From positions 24,290-88,289 of the forward strand of contig URVV01000002.1 of assembly GCA_900551455.1 (NCBI GenBank): 64,000 nucleotides of DNA. The letters are read 5' to 3'. The position numbers were made by a program, and so were the translations under genes. This DNA is from an uncultured Mycoplasmatota bacterium. GTDB taxonomy: Bacteria > Bacillota_I > Bacilli_A > RF39 > UBA660. The notes beneath the pieces are model-generated. The model saw only the letters and a program-made list of their open reading frames with translations. It had not been told where the DNA came from and made no database searches. Positions 50,054 to 57,189 of this stretch are shown one piece after another. Within the stretch, counting starts at the first letter, position 1. Every line of letters begins with the position of its first letter.

Positions 50054-50082
50054 AATATACTATATTTTATGCAAAAAGTCAA
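50054..50082 (-). promoter_or_regulatory. sigma-A type promoter of the type III TA operon
   Basis: On the minus strand: TTGACT (50077-50082), 17-nt spacer, TATATT (50054-50059), about 30 nt upstream of the first repeat. Confidence 0.55.
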
Positions 50083-50379
50083 TACTTAGCATAAAACTTG
50101 CAAAATTACATTTGCATTAATATTATATGTCATTATTACTTTTTTAAACATAATTTTAATATTAGATGCAAATATGTCTATTAAGGATATTAATTTTATA
50201 ACAAGATTAGTACTTTTTTTATATTTAACCAATTCCCCAATATTATAATTTTATGGCCGTAAGTTAGGCCATAAATAGCATTTTTTACTATCTAATAAGT
50301 GTGTACGTTTGTTATACAGCCCTTATTTTATAAGAAATAAAAGTTAACAGTTATATAACAATATTTTAAAATGTAAACT

Positions 50380-50477
50380 CTTGTATTTTTAATAAACCCT
50401 TATGAGATAAGGGAAAACTCACCACTGGTGAGTTGTTTGTAAACAGGATTTATCCTGCTTTTATTTTGTTATTAAAT
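50380..50477 (+). ncRNA. Candidate small RNA or leader with three tandem hairpins, ending in a terminator
   Basis: Putative promoter TTAACA-17-TAAAAT (50344-50372). The hairpins are CCCTTAT/ATAAGGG (50407-50423), AACTCACC/GGTGAGTT (50426-50444) and CAGGA/TCCTG followed by CTTTTATTTT (50454-50477). Confidence 0.3.
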
Positions 50478-50676
50478 TGATTGTAATTTATTTATATTTA
50501 TGTTATAAAAATGGCCAAAGTTATGGCCGTAGATTTTATAAATTTTAATGATTTTTTAGATAATGGTTTTATTAAATTTATAGCAACATTATCATTTATT
50601 TTTTTATTTAATAATAAATTTTTTTTATCATAAATTTAATTAGATAGTCTTCTAATAATAAAAGGGGGTTGATAGA

Positions 50677-50790
50677 TTGAAAGAATTAAAATTTAATTTA
50701 TATTATGATAATAATGGTGATGAATTAAATACTTTATTAATTAATTATATTACTAATTATTTAAATAATTTGAGGCTTACAAATCAATGA
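50677..50790 (+). CDS. Unlisted 37-aa ORF upstream of the recombinase (candidate accessory/directionality factor)
   Basis: TTG start 8 nt after a strong AAAGGGGG SD. The product is MKELKFNLYYDNNGDELNTLLINYITNYLNNLRLTNQ. It ends 52 nt before the recombinase start on the same strand. Confidence 0.3.
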   Translation: MKELKFNLYYDNNGDELNTLLINYITNYLNNLRLTNQ

Positions 50791-50842
50791 TTATGCGTTA
50801 TCATTATTTTAACCAATATTATATTTCTATTAAGGAGGCAAT

Positions 50843-52444
50843 GTGTATAATAATATAGGAAATATAATAAAAGAATTTTATGTTGCAATTTATATAAGAC
50901 TATCTAAAGAAGATGAACGACTTGGTGAGAGTGAAAGTGTCGAGAATCAAAAGATATTACTTACTAATTATGTTAAAGAAAAAGGATTTAATCTTATAGA
51001 TATTTATATTGATGATGGTTATACTGGTACTAATTTTAATAGACCTAATTTTCAAAGATTACTTAAAGATATTGAATCAGGCAAAATAAATATGGTAATT
51101 ACTAAGGACTTATCTAGATTATCAAGAGATTATATCGGTACTGGTGAATATGTTGAGAAATGGTTTCCAGAACATAATGTTAGATATATTGCTTTAACTG
51201 ATAATATTGATACATTTTTAGATAACTCTAATAATGATATTGCACCTTTTAAAGCTATCTTAAATGATATGTATGCAAAAGATTTATCTAAGAAAATTAG
51301 AACAGCACTTCATACTATGCAGAAAGAAGGTAAGTGGGTTGGTGGATGCCCACCTTTTGGATATAAAATTGATCCAAACGATAAGAATCATTTAGCCATA
51401 GATGAAATTGAAGCACCAATTGTTAAAAGAATATTTGCCATGTTTTTAAATGGTATTAGAATCAATCAAATCAGAGATGTATTAAATAAAGAAAATATTC
51501 CTACTTTTTCAATTACTAGAAATAGAAAATTGATGCGAAAAGGTAATGGTGGCAATATCTACGGTTATTGGTGCAATACAACTATTAAAAAAATACTTCA
51601 AAATAGACTATATATGGGTGATATGATTCAAAATAGGCGTCAAAGATTAAGTTATAAATATCGTAAAATAATTTGTAATACTAAAGATAAATGGATAATT
51701 GTTCCTAGTACTCATGATCCAATTATATCTAAAGAAGAATTTGATAAAACACAAAAATTATTACCAAAGCAACGCCAAAGAAATGATAAAAAAGAAATAT
51801 TTTTACTTGATGGCTTACTTACTTGTGCTGATTGTGGTCATAATATAGGGATTAGGGCAAGACGATCTAATGGTAAAAGTACAACAGTATGTAATTATTA
51901 TCGCAAATATAGTAAAGAATATAGATTGTGCAGTGCTCATGGCTTTGATTATGATACATTAGAGGTTGGGATAATTAATATTATTAAAAATGTTGTTTGT
52001 CAAGTGTTAGATGAAAAATTAGAAAACAAAGTTCTAAAGAAATATCAAGATAAGTCAAGTATAAATAATTATTTTAAATCAAAAGAAAAATTAGAATATG
52101 AACTAAATAAACTTAATATGACTTTAGACAACATGTATATTGATAAATTGCAAGGAAAAATAAGTGAAGAAATGTATAATCGAATTCAAGATAAATTAAA
52201 TAATGAAATCAATATTACAAGCAATAAACTAGATGAGATTAATGATTATATAAATAAATTAAATAATGATAAAGATAATTTTGATAAAATAAGGCAAGAA
52301 ATTAGTAATTATAAGAATAAATATCCATCTCGTGACTTAATTCTTAAATTAATTAAAAATATTGCTATACACGAAGATGGAAACATTGATATTTATTTCA
52401 ACTTTAAAGAGTTGAATATTATTTATAATAACCGTGATGCATAG
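50843..52444 (+). CDS. Large serine recombinase (SpoIVCA/CcrB/TnpX-like)
   Basis: The N-terminal resolvase domain reads VAIYIRLSKEDE...SVENQ and ITKDLSRLSRD. A recombinase domain, a Cys4 zinc ribbon (CADCGH...CNYY...CSAHG) and a C-terminal coiled coil follow. AAGGAGG SD. Confidence 0.9.
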   Translation: MYNNIGNIIKEFYVAIYIRLSKEDERLGESESVENQKILLTNYVKEKGFNLIDIYIDDGYTGTNFNRPNFQRLLKDIESGKINMVITKDLSRLSRDYIGTGEYVEKWFPEHNVRYIALTDNIDTFLDNSNNDIAPFKAILNDMYAKDLSKKIRTALHTMQKEGKWVGGCPPFGYKIDPNDKNHLAIDEIEAPIVKRIFAMFLNGIRINQIRDVLNKENIPTFSITRNRKLMRKGNGGNIYGYWCNTTIKKILQNRLYMGDMIQNRRQRLSYKYRKIICNTKDKWIIVPSTHDPIISKEEFDKTQKLLPKQRQRNDKKEIFLLDGLLTCADCGHNIGIRARRSNGKSTTVCNYYRKYSKEYRLCSAHGFDYDTLEVGIINIIKNVVCQVLDEKLENKVLKKYQDKSSINNYFKSKEKLEYELNKLNMTLDNMYIDKLQGKISEEMYNRIQDKLNNEINITSNKLDEINDYINKLNNDKDNFDKIRQEISNYKNKYPSRDLILKLIKNIAIHEDGNIDIYFNFKELNIIYNNRDA

Positions 52445-52458
52445 TAAATACAACCAGA

Positions 52459-52855
52459 GGGAATTGTTACTTTTATTGTAAGTAATAGAAATATTATGTT
52501 AGGTATATCTATATGTGTAGCAATTACTTTACACAATATTCCAGAGGGAATTAGTATAGCTATTCCTATATATTATTCTACAGGTAGTAAATTTAAGGCA
52601 ATATTATATACTTTTATATCAGCTATATCAGAATTATTAGGAGCAGTTATTACGTGGCTATTTTTAGATAAATTTATTAATGATATGATATTAGGAATAT
52701 TATTTAGTTTTATTGCAGGAATAATGATTCAGATATCGATCGGGAAACTTATACCTACGGGATGTAATTATAATAAAAAAGAAGCTAAGCTATTTTTTGG
52801 AATTGGATTTTGTTTTATGATTATTAGTCTTCTACTAAATAGCTTAATTTCTTAA
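52459..52855 (+). pseudogene. zupT: zupT, 3' fragment (resumes at GIVTFIV...)
   Basis: The frame open from 52454 reads PEGIVTFIVSNRNIMLGISICVAITLHNIPEGISIAIPIYYSTGSK... It is colinear with E. coli ZupT HNFPEGIATFV...[22 protein letters not shown]. The internal ATG at 52496 has no SD. Confidence 0.8.
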
Positions 52856-53147
52856 ATATATAGGTTATACATTTACGAGTAAATTTGTTACCTTTTTCAC
52901 TAAGATTATACATTGCGTTGGTTATTTTATTCGTATAATCTTTTTTTTCGTTATCTAGATATTTTTTTATATCTATGTCATTACCGCTTTTGACATCTTC
53001 TTCAAATTCTTTAATTTTTTCATTAGTAATAATAGTTCTTTGTTGGAGTTCATACTCATAGTAACCAGAATTAGAGATATAATATGCTGAGATGAAGACA
53101 ATAATGATTAGGATAAAAATTAGTTTTATGGGATTATTTTTTTTCAT
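52824..53147 (-). CDS. Small N-terminally anchored protein downstream of spoIIP
   Basis: 107 aa with one TM segment. Its start overlaps the spoIIP stop. It occupies the position of yqxA in Bacillus, but no sequence similarity was verified. Confidence 0.45.
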   Translation of the reverse strand: MKKNNPIKLIFILIIIVFISAYYISNSGYYEYELQQRTIITNEKIKEFEEDVKSGNDIDIKKYLDNEKKDYTNKITNAMYNLSEKGNKFTRKCITYIFKKLSYLVED

Positions 53148-54126
53148 TTATATACGTAGATAATATATCAGTTAAAGCGTTTATAGTACACATAACTTCA
53201 TCAATAGTATTATCTACTCCTCCTAACTCTATTAAGATGGTATTAGGTGATATATCTTGATTATAGATACCATTTACATTTGGACCTTCTTTTTTATAAA
53301 TACCTCTACTTAATCCCGGGTAGGATGATTCAGCAATTTTATTTATTTCAGTGACTACTTCAAGATTTTTTTCCCAATTATTATGTTCTTTTCCTACGAC
53401 GAAGAGAATACGAGCATAAAGTTTATTATTAATTTTTGTGGTGGAGATATTTTTACTTACAGAGTCGCGATGAATATCAATATAGTATTTTAAACTGGAA
53501 TAGGTATTCTTTTTATCTAACATAAAGATTCTACTGGCACGATAGGAATTAGCGTGAGACCAGTTATTTAATTCTAAGAATTCTGTGAGATTGGTATCTT
53601 CAACAATAGTAGAAATGCCTACGTCAATTAGTTTTTCTTTTAATAGATAACTAGCCATTAAGACGTTTGGGGTAATTCCATATACTGAAAGATTGGCATT
53701 ATTGTAGTTTTCTAATTGATGAGAGTTATATATATATACTTGCGGATTTTTAACATCCACTTTGTTAGGATCTTCTATATAATAACTTATTTTTTTTAAT
53801 TTTTCTAAATTGGAATAGGTATCATCTTCTTCGTTATCTTGATATCCTAAAATACTTTCATTGAAGATAGTTTCGGGATTTTTAAAATCTATTTTTAAGA
53901 AGAAATTGATAGTTTTATTAATTAGTTTTGGAAGTTTATATTCGTTTTGAAAAGAGATGTTTCCTCCGTTTAAAAGGAAGTTGATAAACTCTTGGTTTGC
54001 TAGATGACTGTTATTTTTGAAAGAATAATAAAAAGTATAGGAAAATGTTAAATATAAGAGGATTATTAAGATAAAATATTTAAATTTCTTTTTCTTGGGT
54101 ACTTTCTTTAATTTCATATGAGCCAT
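53134..54126 (-). CDS. spoIIP: Stage II sporulation protein P (SpoIIP amidase/endopeptidase)
   Basis: N-terminal TM segment. VYIYNSHQLENY, YIDIHRDS and ILIELGG are present. It lies directly downstream of gpr, as in Bacillus. Confidence 0.8.
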   Translation of the reverse strand: MAHMKLKKVPKKKKFKYFILIILLYLTFSYTFYYSFKNNSHLANQEFINFLLNGGNISFQNEYKLPKLINKTINFFLKIDFKNPETIFNESILGYQDNEEDDTYSNLEKLKKISYYIEDPNKVDVKNPQVYIYNSHQLENYNNANLSVYGITPNVLMASYLLKEKLIDVGISTIVEDTNLTEFLELNNWSHANSYRASRIFMLDKKNTYSSLKYYIDIHRDSVSKNISTTKINNKLYARILFVVGKEHNNWEKNLEVVTEINKIAESSYPGLSRGIYKKEGPNVNGIYNQDISPNTILIELGGVDNTIDEVMCTINALTDILSTYINEKK

Positions 54127-54154
54127 ATAATCACCTATATTTAATTATATACAT

Positions 54155-55132
54155 TTAGTAGTGATTTATTTGTCGATGAAGAGCATTATTTATAGATGAT
54201 GATAAAATATTACTTAGTTTATCTATTATAAAGTCTATTTCAGTGGGAGTTACAATTAGATTCAATTCTGTATTGGTTAGAACTTCATCAATTAGATGTT
54301 TTTGTTCATTATCTGGTAATGATCCAAATAATCCTAATAAAGCTTCTTTATCATTTGGAGATAATTCTTGGTTGGTTAATTTATCTTTGTAATTTTTCTT
54401 CCGAAATGATAGTTTAAAGGTACTGTCGTGTTCTTTTATATATGAGATATGTTTATATAAGTATTTAATTGTATCTAGGACAATAGTTACAGAGGTGGTG
54501 ACTGTTGGGATGCCAATTGCAATAACGGGAATGCCCATAGTTTTTTTGCTTATTTCTAAGCGATTGTTCCCTACTCCAGAACCGGGGTGAATACCGGTAT
54601 CAGTTAATTGTATTGTTTTATTAATGCGATCTATTGATTTACTGGCTAAGGCATCGATAGCAATGATAAAATCTGGTTTAATAGATTTGATTAAAGATTT
54701 TATAATAATGGATGATTCGATGCCGGTATTAGCCATAACATTAGGGGTAAAACAAGATACTGGACGAATGCCTTCTTTAACTTCACCTAATGTAAATAGA
54801 TGGGCTGTTACTAGGACGTTATCAATTGTTTTGGGGCCTAGACTATCAGGAGTTGATAAACGATTACCCAAACCAATTATTAAACAGGAAGCTGAATCTT
54901 TTATTTCGTTTATAGTAAGAAGATCTTTTAGTATTTCTTCAAGATGTTTACCAACTATTTCACGTGATTCAAAATCTGTAATATCTTCGAATGATAAAGT
55001 AATATAATTGCCATCTTTTTTAGTGGTGGTAATTGTTATATTATCTATTCTTTTGGTATTATGGGGAATAGCATTATTTTCAATAATTAAATCTGTTCTT
55101 ATGTTAAACTTAGACAAATCTATTTTATGCAT
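54155..55132 (-). CDS. gpr: GPR germination protease (spore endopeptidase)
   Basis: IRTDLIIEN, IIGLGNRLSTPDSLGP, AIDALAS and GIHPGSGVGN. It is divergent from rpsT, as in Bacillus. ATG 55132 follows a GGTGA SD. Confidence 0.85.
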   Translation of the reverse strand: MHKIDLSKFNIRTDLIIENNAIPHNTKRIDNITITTTKKDGNYITLSFEDITDFESREIVGKHLEEILKDLLTINEIKDSASCLIIGLGNRLSTPDSLGPKTIDNVLVTAHLFTLGEVKEGIRPVSCFTPNVMANTGIESSIIIKSLIKSIKPDFIIAIDALASKSIDRINKTIQLTDTGIHPGSGVGNNRLEISKKTMGIPVIAIGIPTVTTSVTIVLDTIKYLYKHISYIKEHDSTFKLSFRKKNYKDKLTNQELSPNDKEALLGLFGSLPDNEQKHLIDEVLTNTELNLIVTPTEIDFIIDKLSNILSSSINNALHRQINHY

Positions 55133-55236
55133 CGTATCACCTATCAATATTTTTTACAAAAAACATTGATTTTATTTGCTTTTTTAATATTTTTTTGATA
55201 AAATGGTAAATGTGTATCGGAAGGAGATGAATTTTA

Positions 55237-55506
55237 ATGGCAAATGTTAAGAATGCTAAGAAAAAAATTAAACAAATAGCTAAGACAACTAAAAATAATG
55301 AACAATTAAAGTCTACGGTTAAAAATGCAATTAAGAATACTGATAAGGCAATTTTAGCTGGTAATAAAGAGGCTGCTGAAAAGAGTTTAAAGCTTGCTAT
55401 CAAGAGTTTAGACAACGCAAAATCTAAAGGACTTGTACATAAAAATAAAGTTGATAGAGAAAAATCAAGACTATCATTAAAAGTTAACAAAATGGAAAGT
55501 AAATAA
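55237..55506 (+). CDS. rpsT: 30S ribosomal protein S20
   Basis: MANVKNAKKKIKQIAKTTKNNEQLKSTVKNAIKN... is a typical S20. The SD is GGAAGGAG. Confidence 0.95.
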   Translation: MANVKNAKKKIKQIAKTTKNNEQLKSTVKNAIKNTDKAILAGNKEAAEKSLKLAIKSLDNAKSKGLVHKNKVDREKSRLSLKVNKMESK

Positions 55507-55533
55507 AAAATCAAGGATGACTTGATTTTTTTT
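55507..55533. terminator. Bidirectional terminator between rpsT and tcdA
   Basis: Stem AAAATCAAG/CTTGATTTT, 5-nt loop, with A-run and T-run flanks. Confidence 0.6.
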
Positions 55534-55534
55534 A

Positions 55535-56206
55535 TTAATTATTTAGAATATCTTTAATAATATAGTTAGCTAAGAGAAGACCTGCTGTTGCAGGAACAAA
55601 AACCATACTTGCAAGGCAACCTGTTTTTTGTGGTTGTTCAGTTGATGAGACAACCATTATCTTTTTATTGGTCTTTAGTTCTTGGACATATTTTCTAATT
55701 ATTTTAGCTAATGGGTCATAAGAAGTTTTTCTGATATCGGTAATTGCTAGTTTACTAGGATCTAGCTTGTTAGCTGTTCCCATACTGGAAATTAGTTTGA
55801 TGTTTCTGGAAAGAGCATAATCTATTAGTAGTTTTTTGGCTTGGACAGAGTCACAGGCATCGATGATATAGTCTAGATGATATTTATCTAAAAGATTGAT
55901 GGTGTCTTTATCTAAAAAGATTCTTTCAGTTATTACTTTGCAATGAGGATTAATAGATTTTACTCTTGCTTCGGCGGAAGATACTTTTGGGGTACCAATA
56001 TTCTCTTGGGTAGTTATTATTTGTCTATTTAGATTGGTTTTATCTATTATATCATAATCTATGAGTATGAGAGTACCAAGGCCACTTCTTACTAATGATT
56101 CTAGAGCATACCCCCCTACTCCACCTAGGCCAACAATTAAAACAGTAGTAGATTTTATTTTATTATAATTATCTTCCCCGACTAGAGAAATAACACGTTC
56201 AAACAT
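55535..56206 (-). CDS. tcdA: tRNA threonylcarbamoyladenosine dehydratase (ThiF/E1-like, TcdA/YrvM)
   Basis: VGLGGVGGYALESLVRSGLGTLILIDYDIIDKTNLNRQ is the E1-like nucleotide-binding fold. ATG 56206 follows a GGAGGT SD. Confidence 0.8.
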   Translation of the reverse strand: MFERVISLVGEDNYNKIKSTTVLIVGLGGVGGYALESLVRSGLGTLILIDYDIIDKTNLNRQIITTQENIGTPKVSSAEARVKSINPHCKVITERIFLDKDTINLLDKYHLDYIIDACDSVQAKKLLIDYALSRNIKLISSMGTANKLDPSKLAITDIRKTSYDPLAKIIRKYVQELKTNKKIMVVSSTEQPQKTGCLASMVFVPATAGLLLANYIIKDILNN

Positions 56207-56250
56207 TTTTACCTCCATATAATTAAAGAGATAATTTGCATTATCTCTTT

Positions 56251-56436
56251 GTTATTATTATTTACCCAAAGAACCGATACTAAGGAGATAAAACCCGCGC
56301 GCAATCACACAGGTGGGTAATCACGGTATAGTAATTAGGATTCTTAATAGGATTAAGCATTCAACACATACAATACGTTAGATTCCCTAAATATATCTTT
56401 GTCGGTTTTAAATATAGTTGTCGTATCCTTCAGGTA
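56251..56436 (-). ncRNA. Candidate structured ncRNA of about 175-185 nt (6S RNA-like) upstream of tcdA
   Basis: A relatively GC-rich island in an AT-rich spacer, bounded by a strong promoter (56442-56469) and a hairpin (56225-56250). Its 5' end (56423-56436) pairs with its 3' end (56263-56280) over 14 bp, and internal helices give a rod-like fold. Confidence 0.35.
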
Positions 56437-56441
56437 TTTTA

Positions 56442-56469
56442 ATTATATCATAACTAAAAAATAATTCAA
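56442..56469 (-). promoter_or_regulatory. Extended -10 sigma-A promoter of the candidate ncRNA
   Basis: On the minus strand: TTGAAT (56464-56469), 16-nt spacer, TGA-TATAAT (56442-56450). Confidence 0.5.
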
Positions 56470-56503
56470 GTAATTTGGTCTAACTTTACATATTTAGACA
56501 GGG

Positions 56504-57130
56504 TTATTTTTTTCTTGTTTTTGTTTTAGGAGAATATTCTTGATTAATAATATTATTTATTGTTTCAGTTACTTCATAACGGTCTAGAAAAGATGCTAAT
56601 TTTAATAATTCTTCTTCAGATATTTTATCTATTGGAGTTAATTTTATTAAAGATAATACTTTTTGGTAGTAGATAGATAGTGGTTCTTGGTTATTATTTA
56701 GAGTTAATAATTCAAGATATTTATTTTCAGTTATTTTATCTTTATAAGTATTTTTTATTAGATCTTTTGGGGATGAAAAGATATCTTCTAGTGATTCATA
56801 GTTTAGAATATCTTTTAGAGGATAATTTTTAGTTTGACAGTAATATTCTTTAGTAGTTAATAAATTTTCTAGATGGGTAACTAATTTAGGAGGGAGATAC
56901 TGGTTGTATGTTACATAAGAATATTCTTCCTTATTATCTACTTTATACCAAGAGAGACTCCTAATATAAGGACCTTCTTTAGGAAGGGTGGATGTTTTAG
57001 GAATAACGATTGGTTTAATAAGACTACATTTAGTTATAATTTCATCTTTTAATTTAGATAATTCTTGGTAATTAATTGAGGCAGTATATTTAATGATACT
57101 GGAGAATTCTTTTTTAAAGTAATAAATCAT
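56504..57130 (-). CDS. Hypothetical protein
   Basis: 208-aa ORF. No motif was recognised. Confidence 0.4.
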   Translation of the reverse strand: MIYYFKKEFSSIIKYTASINYQELSKLKDEIITKCSLIKPIVIPKTSTLPKEGPYIRSLSWYKVDNKEEYSYVTYNQYLPPKLVTHLENLLTTKEYYCQTKNYPLKDILNYESLEDIFSSPKDLIKNTYKDKITENKYLELLTLNNNQEPLSIYYQKVLSLIKLTPIDKISEEELLKLASFLDRYEVTETINNIINQEYSPKTKTRKK

Positions 57131-57189
57131 AGTGGTCTCTTCTTTCTTAATAAATTATGGATGATATTATAACATATTTATATGTTTAT

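Larger units (their letters stand above)
49270..52458. mobile_element. 3.19-kb intervening element inserted in zupT, carrying a large serine recombinase, a type III TA module and a small ORF
   Basis: The two zupT halves are colinear and in frame if 49269 is joined to 52459. The element ends carry symmetric half-sites TGATGCATA (52435-52443) and TATGTATCA (49283-49291), each 13 nt from a shared GA. Confidence 0.75.

Noticed and set aside
50511-50633. 40-codon plus-strand ORF (MAKVMAVDFINFNDF...) in the element's non-coding core
   Set aside because: It has no SD-like sequence upstream, and its start coincides with the ATGGCC repeat motifs, which I favour as DNA sites. It is kept only as an alternative explanation in the repeat finding.
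55137-55514. 125-aa minus-strand ORF covering rpsT
   Set aside because: It is antisense to the clear S20 gene (55237..55506). It is hydrophobic and low-complexity with no SD. It would also require overlap with the gpr start region.
56219-56503. Riboswitch or T-box leader for tcdA
   Set aside because: I saw no T-box sequence (AATTAGGGTGGTACCGCG-like). I also saw none of the conserved cores I know for the SAM, TPP, FMN, purine, glycine, lysine, preQ1 or c-di-AMP riboswitches. The independent promoter, the 5'/3' end pairing and the rod-like fold fit a stand-alone RNA better. This needs a covariance-model search to settle.
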